From Spirogloea muscicola (taxonomy: Eukaryota), in assembly GCA_009602725.1 (NCBI GenBank), contig WELB01000002.1, positions 329,083 through 370,024 on the forward strand: 40,942 nucleotides of DNA. Direction: 5' to 3'. Below the pieces are notes generated by a model. It was not told the DNA's origin, made no database searches, and saw only the letters and a program-made list of their open reading frames with translations. Of the stretch, positions 1-13,560 are shown in pieces (the stretch's first letter is position 1; every line of letters starts with the position of its first letter). The position numbers and the translations under genes are program-made.

Positions 1-80
1 CGCCGCCGCCGCCAACGTCGCAGCCGCCGCCGCCGACGCTCACGCCGCCGCCACTTACGCCTTTGCTGCCGGCGCCGCAG

Positions 81-3000
81 TGCCGCGAGGCGGGCCTGAC
101 GTACCGCGGCGAGCTGCGGGCAGACGTCAACGCGCGGCTGGGCGACGACGGGCCCGTCGTGCGCCACAGCCTGAGCTTCGGCCGCCTCCCCATCATGGTC
201 AAGGTGGTCCTCAGCCCTCAAACAGACGGCTTACACTCAGAATTGACGGTGATCCAACTCCTAGGGCAAGGGTTTAGGGTTAACGTTTAGGTTAGGTTTA
301 GGGTCTAGGATTTAGGTTTAGACTGTAGGGTAGGGTTTAGGGTGTAACAGTGGAAGGTGGTTGCTCTTTGTGCTATGATTTGTTGTACTATTTGTGCTAC
401 AATTAAGTGCTCGCCGGTGTCTTACCTGAGGAGATCAGAATTCTGGATGAAAAGATTGCTGCCAGAAGGTCAAAACTGTTGTAAAAACCATTTCAGGGTC
501 CCCTCTAGGGAATCTTTAGTGTGAATTCCTAGTGGAAAGTGATTTCTACTAGGATAGGTGCTTCTGGACTAGGAAGTATTTCATCTCCAAGTGGGCAGCC
601 TCTGAGCGTCGCGGCAGCGCGGCGGCGGCGGCGCAGTCGAGCCTCTGCCACCTCCGAAACCTGAAGCAGGCCGAGCTCGTGGCGCGCAAGGAGGAGGCGC
701 ACGAGGCTGGAGGGTGCGCCCCTCCATGCTGCTGCTGCGCGCTTGCTCCATGCTTGCGGCGGCTCCGTTAGCAGGCTGTACACGCATTGCCCATCTGATT
801 GTGCTCAACCGTGTGCATGTCTACATCCCCTGCTCGCAGCTACTTCATCTGCAACGGCATCGAGCGTGTCGTGCGCCTGCTCATCCTTCCCAAGACGAAC
901 TATGTGAGCAGAATCGTGAATCCCACCAAATTATTGAAGGCTTTTGCCCTGATCTACATGTAGATGGATGCTGAGCTCCTTGATCAATAGACCCACCGAG
1001 CTTCAGCACGGAGGTTGGCGGCTAAACTGAGACTGAGTTGAGATTGAGTGCTGCTTGGCTGCCTCAGGCAATGGCGGTGGCTCGCAGCTCCTTCCTGCGC
1101 AAGGGCCTCGGCTACACGGACAAGGCTGTCCAAATTCGGTCGGCCAGCACACACCCTTGCCGCTTCTCTTGCTCCGCCGCCTCGGCCAACCCTCATGAAG
1201 CAGCTCGACTTGGTGACCGAAATCAGGCCTTTTGATAGAGGCCACAGTCCAGTCCAGTCTCAGCAATTAAGCACCCAGCAGGCTTAGAGTTTAGCGATTC
1301 AGGCCAGGACCGACTCTGACAGGGGCCAGTCGGCGGCTGCGCACCTCCACTTCCGCCTGCTGCAGGTGCGTGCGGCCGGACCAGTCAGCCGTGACCAACC
1401 GCGTCATCTACCTCGCCGACGGCAGCTCCAATCTCAACTTCTCGTGCGATGCACGCCCCTGCCACCCCTCCCAAATCCCCAGACAGATGTTGTCTGACGT
1501 TGCTGACCTGTATATAGGCACGTCTGAGCTGCATGGAGAGGCGCATGTGTCAAACTCTTGAATCGGGTCTTCAGCCAACATATACTTCGCTCTGTCAGCA
1601 GATTGCTTGACAGTTATGCATGAGCGTGCTCTGCGCAGGCTGCGGAAAAACGAGTTCTTCATCCCGGTCGGCATCATCCTCAAGGTGAGGCTCTCAATTG
1701 CAGCTCTGCGCGCTGTCCGTTGCGGTCTCACTTTTAGCTCCCTACTCTCGCGGGATCTTTTGTTGCAGTGGCTGAGCGACCAATGCCTGCCTTGACGTCC
1801 CCGCAAGGCACTCCCGGTTCCATGCTGGCCCAGGCGCTGGCCGAGGTCAGCGACCACGAGATCTACCAGCGGCTGACGGCTGTCGCGCCGGCGGATGACG
1901 GAGCCAGCGGCGTCGGCACGCACTTCGTCCGCGACCGCGCGCTCGTGGCACTCCAGCAAGCGCGTGTGCTCAACCTCTTCACGCGCACCCAGTGCCTTGC
2001 CTACCTCGGTCAGTCAAGCGAAACATAAGGCATGTTATGCTATGAGCAGTAAATAATGATCAACCCGATGGCTGCAACGCTGCCATTAGATCAATCGCTT
2101 TTCCTTCAATTTGACATGCCACGTGTATGGAGCAGTGCTCAGTGCTCACAGCTTCCGGAGGAATGACTGTGTGAGCTTACGGCAGCTGTTCATTGTGTCG
2201 TATTAGAGCTCACCCAAAGCATGGCCTTGCTTGTTGCAGGAGAGAAGTTTCGCTCCATCCTTGATGTGCCAGCGCGGCGGTCGGACGCCTGGGTAAGCCA
2301 CCTTAGGAGCTGTTAGCTGTTCGGGGCAGCCTCTATGGTCCAGACTATCAATTTCAATGCTTACTTTCAGTTCACCAGAATTCACCGCGAAACCAAGATA
2401 TTGGCTGAGGGTGCTCATTCTTCGAGCTTTCTGCCCCAACCATGGGCCTGGAGGCCCAGTGCGGAGATAAGGATGAGGCAGTCACTAGTAACTCACAGAG
2501 TACTGGGACTCTTCAATATTGATTGCATGATCTTTATTCGAGTGGTGATCTGAAAGACATCTCTATAACCGGCTGGTCTGTGGGCAGGTTGGCGACAAGT
2601 TCCTCCGGCAGTGCGTGCTTGTGCACCTGGAGAAGCCCAGCGACAAGTTCAACCTCCTCATGTGAGTGCACCTGCAGAAAGATGCAAGCTTCTCTTGCCA
2701 GCCTTCTCTGCCTGCAGTCTGTGCCCAAAGCAGAGATATGGCCCTGATTTCCTAGGTACTTGTGTTGATCAACAGCTGGATGAGCCAGGGTCAAGATGCC
2801 TTTCGCATACAATATTATATTAATCTAAGATTTAGCGTTTAGGGGCTAGAGTTAGGGGTCAGGGTTTAGCAGGAGTCACGATTACGGTTTCCACCAGACA
2901 AGGGGTGTCTGCTGCCACTCATCTCCGGGCTGCCAGTTGCACATTGACTTGTTTCTGGCATTTGGTAAGATTGACTTGTCAAAGCCTGTGTGAAGGCTGA

Positions 3001-6000
3001 GCTCCAGTAAGATGCTGGACCTTCGAATCTAGCAGCTGCTTTGATGAAGTTCCTGACATCAGAGTCGCGATTGTACATTTAATGAGACCCGCAGATTCAT
3101 GCTCCAGAAGCTGTATGCCTTTGTCGATGGCATGGCCCAGGAGGACAGCCCTGACACACTGCAACACCACGATCTGCTGACTGCCGGGGCGCTGCTCAAC
3201 ATCTTCATCAAGGTGGGCTTCTGTTACATAGACAGGATATGTGGCCTTATATCTCAAGCCTGCATGTTACTTTGATAGTATCCTTATGCACAGCTCAAGT
3301 GCTCTGCATGATATTCATCTCATTTGCAAATTCCTTCAAAGCCAGCAAATTGGAGTCGCTTTCGTGGGTTGCAGCTTTCATGCCTAGCTTTCATATGGGT
3401 TAGGATAAAGGCTTAAGATTGCCTAATATACTCGATCTGCGAAACTATTGTTCAGGAGAGGCTTCAGGAGTGGCTGGTCAAGGTGCAGGTGCTCATGCAG
3501 AAGGACGTCAAAGAGAGGCCGGCGCAAGTCAACCTCAGAGATAGTGCGTCATGCACCTTGCAAGAGAGAACCATAAGTGCTCGTGCAACTGCTATTCTCA
3601 GTGTTGAGTCTCGCTAGAGATGGTCTATCAAACCTCTAGGTTTTGATAGAGGCCCTGGTAGAGGCTGACAGCGTTTTCATCTGCATATCATTCAGGCAAT
3701 TATCTGAAAAGGACCATGGACAAGGTGGACTCCAACATCGGGCAGATGGTCACATACCTGCTCAACACTGGCAATGTCAACAGCAGGACTGGCCTGGACC
3801 TACAGCAGGTCCTCTATGTTGACAACTGATAGAAGCTACATTGTACCCACAAGACGATGTTTCTGCAGAGAAGGTCTCAATGGCAGTATGCTTGCATGTA
3901 ACATACTTGCCTACATTTCTGGGAAATATGTCAGGCAAGCTTACTATTTGCCCAATATTCAGCATGGTGATACGGAGGTTGATGGCGCCTGATCGCCTTA
4001 CCAGAATATTACATCATACTACTTTTCTTACACACAGCTCAAATCTGCAGGCCACAGGCTTCACAATTGTCGCGGAGAAGCTGAATTACCTGCGGTACCT
4101 CTCTCACTTCCGCTCTGTGCACCGAGGCGCGTTCTTTGCGACCCAGCGGACTACGAGTGTCCGGAAGCTTCTGCCAGAGTAAGTGTCACGTATTCAGTAG
4201 GCATCACGTACTTCTTAGTCAAGCACTGCAGGACCCTCGAAATTCGCATTTACAAGCATTTGCTGATGACAATTGAGGTCCTTCTGAGCCTTGCTGTCAG
4301 GTCCTGGGGCTTCATGTGCCCCGTGCACACTCCAGATGGATCGCCCTGCGGGCTTCTCAATCATCTCACCATGAATTGCCGTAAGTGGAATGTCTGACCA
4401 CTTGCCACTTAATAGCATGGTGGCTCATGCCATTTCTCATAAAAGTCCCATCTGTCTAACTGGTAGTGCCTAGTTTACCTCTCCTCAGCTCTGCCTGGTG
4501 CTCTGCAACCAATAAAAGCAAACGTCCTGATGAATGACTGCAAGGATAGCAGATGGTACTGTGCCTTCAGTTAAAGTACACAGACTGTATGACTGTGTTA
4601 CAAGCAATCTTCAATTAAGAGTTGCAAAAGCCGTTGTGGATTTCCTGCTCACCTTGTCCATTTGCTTGCGGTCCATAAAGAGGTCACTACCGACCTCAAC
4701 AGGTCCGGCGTGCCGAAGGTGGCTGAGCAGCTCCAGCGGGCCGTCCTGCGTGTGATGTCGGCCCTCGGCATGCAGCCGACAGCGTCCGGCCTGCCGCCGC
4801 AGGCTCCACCCAAGTGGCTCACAGTCGTGCTGGACGGCTGCATAATTGGCTACATGCCGACTTCAAATGCGCCCGCAGCTGTCAATCACCTCCGGACGCT
4901 CAAGGTCACGCCAGATTCTGGGGTGCGCTCCATCCTCTTATCCTGTAGCTATCTTGCTGCAGCTAGAAATCTAGACTGGAATCAGCTAGTTGGGTTTGCA
5001 AAATCTGCAATTGTAACTCCTGTGACTTCCGTTGGGTGTAACAGCGAGATGATGGTATTGTGCATGTTGACGTCGAAATTCGTCATTGTTGTGGAGATCC
5101 TAATTATAAGCAGTGTGGAGGAGCGTGTCAGTGAAAATGTCAACTAGCGATTATCAAGCTTATGAATGATTGCAGATCACCGGCTGTGCTTTTGCAGATT
5201 CCTCCTGACTTGGAGATTGGTTACGTGCCGTTCACGCACATGGGGACCTTCCCGGGGCTGTTCCTGTTCCTGACGCAGGGCCGGATGTCGCGGCCCGTCA
5301 GGCAGCTATTCAACGCGGCAGCTGACGAGCAGGCCCCCACAGAAATGATTGGGCCGCTGGAGCAGGTAGGCCTTCATAGAGGATAATCACGTTATCAGAG
5401 GCCATTGTGTAGGTGCTACTATACTAAGTGGGGTCTTTGACTAACTCAAATGCCATGGACTTTGCCCTGACTCTCAACGTCTGTGGCAATTTGGATACAA
5501 TCTCTTACAACTCTTAGGCTTGTTAACATTTTCCCCTCTATAACGACATAACCCAGTTGCTCTTGCAAGTGGCTGCTTGATGACTGCAGGTTTACATGGA
5601 AGTGAGGTGCCCCGACGGCTCAGACAACAAGGCGCCCGCTCGCTGGGAAGGTGGGGAGCTCCGGGCCTCGCACGAGGAGCTCAGTCCCATTGCCATGCTC
5701 AGCGTGGTCGCCAACCTCACACCGTGGTCGGACTTCAACCAGTCACCACGAAACATGTACCAATGCCAGGTCCATCAGCCAGCCACTCTGCTTCCGGCGA
5801 GCTCTTGCAAAACTGTGCATTTCAGTGTGTGCTACAGAATTTGCTGAGAGAGGTCTCAGCATGTCAACCGTGTAGTGCATGTCATGATAATATATGGATA
5901 TTTGACAAACTTTTGGAAGTGGGCGCTGGCAGATGGGAAAGCAGACGATGGGCATGCCTTTGCAAGCCTTTCCTTACAGGAACGACAACAAGTTATACCG

Positions 6001-8762
6001 ACTGCAAGTCAGCTATCCTCCCTGCTTTGCAATCTTTTTTCAAGTAGAAGCAGCATGAGTTTGTCCTTCTTGAGCAAATTATGGATTGGAGAACTGCCAA
6101 ATTCAGCCATAGTTTATTTGAGTATGCAAGAGTCTTTGTAGTTATGCGGTTTCGGACAGGAGTTGAGCTGTTTTGTTCTGTTACTCCTCTGTTTACTTGC
6201 AGACTCCTCAGACACCCCTTGCGAGGACAGGCGCCTGGGAGCAGTACCACATGGATGAATTCCCTACTGGCACCAATGCGGTTGTGGCTGTCCTGGCATA
6301 CACTGGGTGAGCTAAAGCTCTAAATGATGAATTGCAACAATTTCATCTTAGATCACATCTTCTGAAAGGAAGTTTGCTGAGGCCATGGTTGAATGCTTTA
6401 ATGACTGCATGGATGATAAGGCCGTGTCGTGATTGTTGGGGGTCATGCCATTGGCGGACTTCAGGTACGACATGGAGGATGCCATGATCATCAACAAGTC
6501 TTCAATGGAGCGCGGCTTTGCACACGGCCAACTGTACAAGGTAGCTGGAAATTGGGCACCGATTGAGATTCCAAGTTGAAGGCAAGTTGGTTGAAAGGCA
6601 CTTAGCGGAGTTTTATTGAAATGCTTTGACCCAGCCTATACTCTTGTTCCACATATACAGACAACGGAGATCGACCTTGGTGAGAGTCGGAAAAAGGGCG
6701 AGGGCATTACTGAGATCTTCAAGAGACCAATGGGAACTAAGGAGAGGGTAGTTGGTGCTAACCCAGCAACTCTCGGCAAGACCGTGGACGCTGATGGCCT
6801 TCCGCATATTGGACAGGTTTGTTCGTGGAATTCATTCATACACATTGTCTATACATATGATATAAAATATTCGATATCGAGCAAGACTTTGCAAGAGAAG
6901 AAACGCCATGCCAAAGCACTGTGAGGAAGAAAGGATACGGCCTCACCTCTTGTGGCTGCATCTATGCAGACTCTGAAGGAGGACGCTCCGTATTGCAGCG
7001 TTTTGAACACTCTTAGCGGAGTGGCTAAGGTGACCAAGCTCAAGGGAACTGAGAATGCTGTAGTGGACAAGGTGACTCTGGTTGGGAATGGCAAGGACGC
7101 GCTACAGAAGGTGATATAGCTTTTTCTTTGGACTGAAACGATGGGGCAATGATTCTCAACTTCGTCAGTCTTTGAGTGTATCAACTCTCACAGACACAAG
7201 AATTGCTACTAATTGACAGAAGGCACAAAGGTTGTTCGTGGAGGGCTACTGCACAGAGATAATTGATCGCATGTAACAACATACTCACATCGTGCACCTG
7301 CACCATGGTGACTGCAGGTTGCTATCCGCATGCGGCATGGAAGGAATCCGGTGATCGGCGACAAGTTCAGCAGCCGTCACGGGCAGAAGGGCGTTCTGTC
7401 ACAGCTCTGGCCGGATGTGGACATGCCCTTCTCCGTCGTGACGGGCATGCGGCCAGACATCATCATCAATCCCCATGCCTTTCCCTCGCGCATGACCATC
7501 GGCATGCTTGTTGAGTCCATGGCTGCCAAGGTCCGCCCCTGTGCCCTTAGCTTCTCTGACATCCGCCGATCACACCAAGGAACTGGGTAATAAATGCATA
7601 TAAGGGGCATTCTTATGATGAACATTGCGTGTCCGCGCGTTATGGTCAAGGGCGATACAAGAGCATCCTCATCAAGAAACTTACGCAGTCAGCTATGCAT
7701 GTTGCAGTTGTTTAGCTCTGTCAGGAACAACTCGTGTTTATGTCTGGGCCCAGCTGACGCTTTGAATGCTGTAACCATGATCACCATTACAGGCTGGAGC
7801 TTTGCACGGCCAGTTTGTGGATGCCACGCCATTTCGGGGCTGTCTGGAGGGAGGCATCGGAACAAACACTTCGGTTTTCAAGTCAAAGCAGAATGTTGTC
7901 GAACGGATGCCCAGCGAGCGCCACACGGGTGATGTTGAGAATGAGGAGGGCAGGTCATCGGTGATGGAGATTGCTGGCAGAAAGCTCGTGGAGAAGGGCT
8001 TCAGCCGCCACGGCACCGAGGTCATGTGCAGCGGCGTGCTGGGGATGGAGCTCACGTGCGAGATCTACATCGGCGTCGTCTACTACCAGCGTCTACGGCA
8101 CATGGTGTCTGACAAGTTCCAGGTAAGGTGCAATTAGTGAAAGTAATGATGCTCATCAGCCTCAAATATCTAGTGGCGCTAATCAGCCTCAATGCTGCTG
8201 GGTCATAGGCGACCAGCAATTGCATAAATCTGTGTATCATATACAGATTACCATGGGCCAGATTAAGGGTTATGCACAATGATGGAGCATTAGCTTGACC
8301 ATGTCTGCTGGCCAGTCCCTTGGCTCTGGCTGACCAGAGCCCACTTGTGAGCTTCTCGAGCAGGTGAGGTCCACAGGGCCAGTGAATCAGCTGACGCAGC
8401 AGCCGGTCAAGGGGCGCAAGTTCGGGGGCGGCATCCGCTTTGGGGAGATGGAGCGGGACTCGCTGCTATCGCACGGCGCGGCATACCTGCTGCACGACCG
8501 CCTGCACACGTGCTCGGACTACCACATTGCGGACGTCTGCGCCGCCTGCGGGAGCCTGCTGTCGCCGACGCTCCAGCCGGCGGCGCGGGACATGGCCGGC
8601 AGCGGCGCCGCGCTGGGCGCGGTCAAGGGCCGGACTGTGGTGTGCAGCTTGTGCAAGAGTAAGCGCAGCATCGAGCGCGTGGCGATACCGTACGTCTTCC
8701 GGTACCTCGCTGCAGAGCTTGCGGCAATGAACATCAAGGTCACGCTGGGCCTCTCTCAATGA
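81..8762 (+). CDS. NRPA2: DNA-directed RNA polymerase I second-largest subunit (RPA135/NRPA2), multi-exon, 5' end upstream of window
   Basis: Spliced exons give conserved motifs: [168 protein letters not shown] and a C-terminal Zn ribbon. Stop TGA at 8760-8762. The HFRSVHRG and [12 protein letters not shown] wording is Pol I type. Confidence 0.95.
261..343 (+). repeat. Degenerate telomere-like (TTTAGGG/TTAGG) tract in an NRPA2 intron
   Basis: ctagggcaagggtttagggttaacgtttaggttaggtttagggtctaggatttagg...tagggtttaggg, about 60 nt after the donor at 204. Confidence 0.8.
2825..2870 (+). repeat. Short degenerate telomere-like tract in an NRPA2 intron
   Basis: tttagcgtttaggggctagagttaggggtcagggtttag. 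Confidence 0.55.
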
Positions 8763-9139
8763 TAATGGGCTAAGACTTTGCCTAGCGGCAATGATCGTCG
8801 AGGTCAAGGTAGGCTCTCCTAGTGCTAGTAGCTTACATGTCTGCATAAGGGGCGACTCAACATTCTTTTGTTATAGCAGTCCTTTGAGGGCCGAGAATGA
8901 GAATAGTCATGTACAGAAGAGCTGTAGGTTGTGCGAGTTATTAGCTTCTGAGGTATCTTGGATAGATGCTGAGTCGGCTGTAGACCAGATGGTGGCTTTA
9001 GAGAGCCCCACATTGGATTCCAGACGATGTAAGATAGACGTCCAGGACAGAGCCCAGCAGCTCGTGGCATGTGTAGTGGAGTATTTTTGTGGACAATCTG
9101 CTGATGACTAGGTGCTACACACAGAGGTGGCACATATGG

Positions 9140-9790
9140 TAGACACGACCCTTTTGGACCTTTTCCAATCTTTTTTTGGGCTGGCCTTTCACAGCCAAGG
9201 CCTTACCTTTTTTAACGAGCTCTTTCTTTCATTGTGGTCAGTCTGTGATTGCAGACCGTTGAGGTGAAGTATTGGCGGCCGTTGGCGGCTGATTCTTGGC
9301 GATAATCCTAAGGCATATTCCCATAAATTGTCGGCATATGTGCTTGAGATGTCTTATGAGGGCTGAGTAGGGCTGTGCTGCGAAGTGAAGGCTTTCCCGA
9401 ACGGGAGGCGATGGCTGTGAAAGAGAAATGAGCTATTTAAAAGTACAGCAATGGGCCGTGAGAAGAAGCAGCTCTTACATCCAAAGCTGTGAAGAGCCAG
9501 CCCATAAAGAAGTAATGAAGGTCTAAGGCAGCCGATAAGTGTAAAGACCACCAAGGGCGCCTGCTCGGCAACCCCTAGTCAGGAGCTGCAAGTCGGAAGG
9601 CTGTGAGAGACCAGCTCAGAAGAGATGAGAAGAAAACAGCTCCTCCGAATCGACAGCTGTGGCTGTGAGAGGCCAGCCCAAAGGAATGGACAAGGTCTGA
9701 AAGGGGCCGGAGGGCGCAGAAAGCAAGGTACTGAGAAAAGGGAACGAACGAAGGTTCGAAGGGGCCGGAAGGTGTCGAGTCAGACCATTA
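9140..9790. repeat. Degenerate cluster of the GGGCTGGC/GCCAGCCC hairpin-module repeat family
   Basis: gggctggcctttcacagcc (about 9178), gctgtgaagagccagccc (about 9486), ggctgtgagaggccagcccaaaggaatggacaaggtc (about 9661). The same words recur at 12-40 kb. Confidence 0.7.
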
Positions 9791-10162
9791 AGTGGCTATC
9801 TATCAAGTGGCTCTCCATATTCTCTAGTCACCAGACCCTGCAGGGAGACCCCAAGCCCGGCAGCTACATTGGACATTCATCCTGTTGCAAGTTGGCCCTC
9901 TACAGCCCTTACGGCTTCTTTCATTGAGAGAGACCTGAGAAGGATAGGGCGAGTCAGGTAGTTCACTCCAGTTATTGAGATCAGTCACCTTTATTTGAGA
10001 AACTTGCATGCGGATCTCAGTCGCTGGTCCCAGAAATCGTCTGGAGCCAGTGCAAGCTGATGGTGAGCAAGCGCCAGAGCTGGCTTGCTTTGCTGGGAAC
10101 AGCAAAAAGCAAGCAACAGCAAAAAACCCGCACAAATGCCGCAGATATTGACTGCGTGAATG

Positions 10163-11497
10163 CTACTGGAGGAGGACAAAGGCGCCAAAGGACAGGCCGC
10201 TGAGCAGTATGCGGACGAGGCAAAGGTTGTTCCACTGCAATATCAGCTGCCGAACGCGTGCCGAACCGCCATCCAAGTCCTTGTCCATGAGCTGCGGCAT
10301 GGTGCAAGCAAGGCAGAAGCAGCAACGGCGAAGACTGTCGTCAGCTCAAGGTCTTCTACTAAAGGACGCCGAGACTTTGGTGGGGCCAACTGTGTGGTCA
10401 TGCGTAAGAGTGGATCAAGGTCTTATGGCTTGCACCAAAGAGAAAGCAAAAAGAAAAGCATTGCTTGATAGTTCCTCCCTGGAAAGTGTATGACCAAGTG
10501 GCTACCAGGAACTCAAAATGTTGCGTTTCATCGTGTCAAACTGGTCTACCTCGCAGGCTTGTGTGGATTTGCTAATGTGCATCAACCGTGTCCATGTTGT
10601 CTACGGAAGGCTGCTTAAGTATGTGCTATCCTGCAGCACTTATGCATGGGAGTGCATAAGCTGCGCTCCTGAAGCAATATGCTGGTGACCTCGAAAAGCT
10701 ATGGAGATAGTCGGCACGCCAGCAAGCACACGGGGGAACTTGAAATTGATGAATGCAGGTCCAGAGACTAGAACCCATGCTCACCTCATCATGTGGCCGT
10801 TGCACTGCCAGAAGCTTTCCAATCAGTGTGCACGTTGTACTGCTAAGTATTGGGTTTGGTAGGATGGAGGTTTACAAAGGGTGAAGCTTGAGGACTAGGA
10901 CTCTGACGTTGTGGAAGAAAATCAATTGAATGTTGAGTTGAGAGTATTGAAATGGCAGCCTAACAACGAGCGCACCTGCTTATTGGTGGGGAACATGAGG
11001 CGCAGCGTGTACGGCACGCACGCCGCAATGGGCGCCGCCGCCGCGACGTAGCGCAGGCCGCCGCCGGCCAGCGCCGCTGCCAGCGCCGCCACGACGGAGA
11101 CCGCAATCATCCCAACCTGGCAACGCCGCCGCCGCCGCCGCCACCGTGAGAGCTCCGCAGCCAATTCTGGCGTAACCAACTTCCACTGATAGAAACTAAA
11201 CAGCTTTTGCAAATTACGGTTATGGCTATAAGTGACCAGCCCAAAGGAATGTACATGGTCTGAGCACAGAATGGTCAGCTTGCGCCAGCTGGTCTCGGCG
11301 CTATGCTTGCTGGTCTGCCGCACCTGGTATGGCGCACCCCGATGGTAGGTGGAGCGCCATGCCGCAAGCGCGGCGGCGGAGCCATTGTCCAGGTACGCCG
11401 GCACTGAGACGAAGGTGATGAAGGCCGACCCGCCGAAGAAGAGCGCCGACGCAGTGGCGGCAACGAGCCCGAAGAGCTGCTGCAGCGCCGCCGCCAT
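10163..11497 (-). CDS. DUF1772 (anthrone oxygenase-like) small membrane protein, 3 exons, 147 aa
   Basis: Exons 11497-11324, 11116-10976 and 10291-10163, all GT-AG and phase 0. They give MAAALQQLFGLVAATASALFFGGSAFITFVSVPA..WRSTYHRGAPYQ|VGMIAV..VPYTLRLMFPTNKQ|LMDKDLDGGSARVRQLILQWNNLCLVRILLSGLSFGAFVLLQ*. The PYT..M.PTN..L and W..L..VR pattern matches DUF1772. Confidence 0.8.
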
Positions 11498-11924
11498 GGA
11501 CGCCGAGTGTGATCCTCGGTGCGAGTCTCGCCTGGCAGCTGTGGTCAGCAGCTCTGCTTCTCGAGCTTTGTTGGGTCGAGTGCAGCTTCACGAGAGCTCC
11601 ATGGCAGGTTCAGCAGAGCAACAGCAGAGCAGAGCAAGAGAGGGGGTCACTGAAGGGCTGCCGACGTCTTGGATGGCCAGCTCATTGACAAGTGTCGGGG
11701 TTATTCCAGGCGGGAGGCCGCTAATGGTTTTCTTTTGCTAAGGATGGCCGCTAAGTACTTCACTGTAGCTGCAAGTCAGTTAGTGGAAAATAACACCAAA
11801 AATCACAACAGCGCTTCCAAATTGACTGGTAGCTGTGAAAAGTTTCGTGCGTTTGGAAACAAACAAAGGCCAAATGGCCAAGTACATAGGCAAGCACATC
11901 TAGAGACATACATCACGTACAGCA

Positions 11925-12060
11925 GGTTGACCCGCTCAGTAACCACGGGTCAATACATAAAGTTCGCTAATTGATGCCTGAGTACTAGATGGCAGATACG
12001 GAGCCCTTCTGCCACCAACTAGAGCTCGCCCAGCTTTCTGGTGCAGAGCATTAGCCTGAG
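11925..12060 (-). mobile_element. Decayed 3' end of a CRE-like non-LTR element, abutting a hairpin-module copy (12058-12120)
   Basis: The reverse complement contains gctctgcaccagaaagctgggcgagctc...tgacccgtggttactgagcgggtca, matching 29640-29760. Confidence 0.75.
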
Positions 12061-13560
12061 AGAGGCCAGCCCGAAAAGTGGACAAGGTCTGGAGGAACCG
12101 GATGGCGCAAAAAGCAAGATACTAATTGCTAAGACGGCAGCAAAGGCGCGCTCGGTAATCTCGAGTCAGTGAGTGCAAGTCAGATAGCAGTCCCTCTACC
12201 AGTAGGCAGAGGCAGCAGCCAGGGCACGGCAATTTAAGATAGTCGACACGTAATACTTGGGCACTGTATTTTCTGTCCACCAAAAGGAGAAGCATGTCTT
12301 CAAGTGACCACCGGAACATCAGAGACACCTATTTGTGCTTACGCACAGTTGCTTAACACAGTTGTCGACATGTTGAGTGCAAGTTACTGCTTACATTCCT
12401 GGATAAATTCCAAGTAGAAACTAATAGGGAATCTCGGCTGTTGATATGAGCTAGTGACATGTTTACCAGGTGTTGCACATCACTCTGTCCATGGGGAAAG
12501 GATTAGGCAGGGGCTTGCTAATCAAAGTCAAGGGCGTAGTATGTAGTGGTCCTAAGACACAGTAATGGATTCCCAAGGCAAAAGCTCATTAAGATCTTTA
12601 GCACGAGGATAGGGCTTATCTCCTTCTCATTTCAACACTGCTTTCAGATTTCAAGCATAGACACAATGGGTGACATGATCGCACTATTGCAAGAAGTGAC
12701 GAACAATGTCAAACCCGTGTTAGTGTGCAGCGCCGCTCAAATAGAGCCCTCTCCAATACACCACCTAGAAAAGCTTAGTAGTACGTCACATTTCATAAGT
12801 AACTTCTTGGAAAAGTTTTATTCTGATTCATGGCCGTGTCTACAGCCAGAGCTGGACCTCACATGCTCAATGCTTGTTCCAAACCCGAGACGAAGTCAAC
12901 TGCGGACCATGAGAGCCATGAAACCTGTAGAATTCACTGCATGAACTTTTCGTAAAGGTATACCAGGCAAATGAGATTGGTTAGTTTTGCATTGACATGC
13001 ATTGGTGAGAAAATGAGTAAAACAGTTATTTGCTGTCAGACTGAATTGATGCTCCCATGCAGCCTTTGCCAGTGGCTCGAGTAGCAGGCCCCACTAATCT
13101 CGAACCCCTCGAAACGGTCTTACAGTGTGCATCTACTCACATTTCACACTTTGGTTTTCCCGAGCATAACGAGTTCCAAGCATAACAGGCGTGTGAATGT
13201 CATTCTGCTACTTTTAAGGCGACATTTAGCCCTTGATATGCTTACTCATCCCCAACACAATCTACGCTTGCAGTCTTCTGCAAGACTGCAACAGAAGAAC
13301 AGAAGAACAAAATGTCATATTTTGTTCGCATAGCTGACTTCACCAACTTGCATCTTCCAAGCGTCACAGTCCTTGCGTTCCCAAACTCACAGGCATGACA
13401 GCGTCGTATATTGCCCTAAGTTGCGCAAGCCAGGACATGCACCCCGCTATTGGCATGTTCTTCATTACAATGAAATGTAAGAAAGGTGATGCAGAAAAGC
13501 ACTGCAAGACACTTGTAAGTTCTTCATATGCTGGGGACGGAAACCCGTGCAGGGTTGCTG

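Noticed and set aside
527..554. 12-bp intronic hairpin tcctagtggaaa-gtga-tttctactagga as an ncRNA
   Set aside because: No snoRNA, snRNA or tRNA boxes recognised; it could be chance.
10785..10815. Candidate extra DUF1772 micro-exon (LLAVQRPHDE)
   Set aside because: Weak acceptor, and direct splicing to 10291 already gives the expected N..LM..D continuation.
12130..13550. Short ORFs between the DUF1772 gene and TFB4
   Set aside because: No motifs or coding-like composition; treated as intergenic or 3' UTR.
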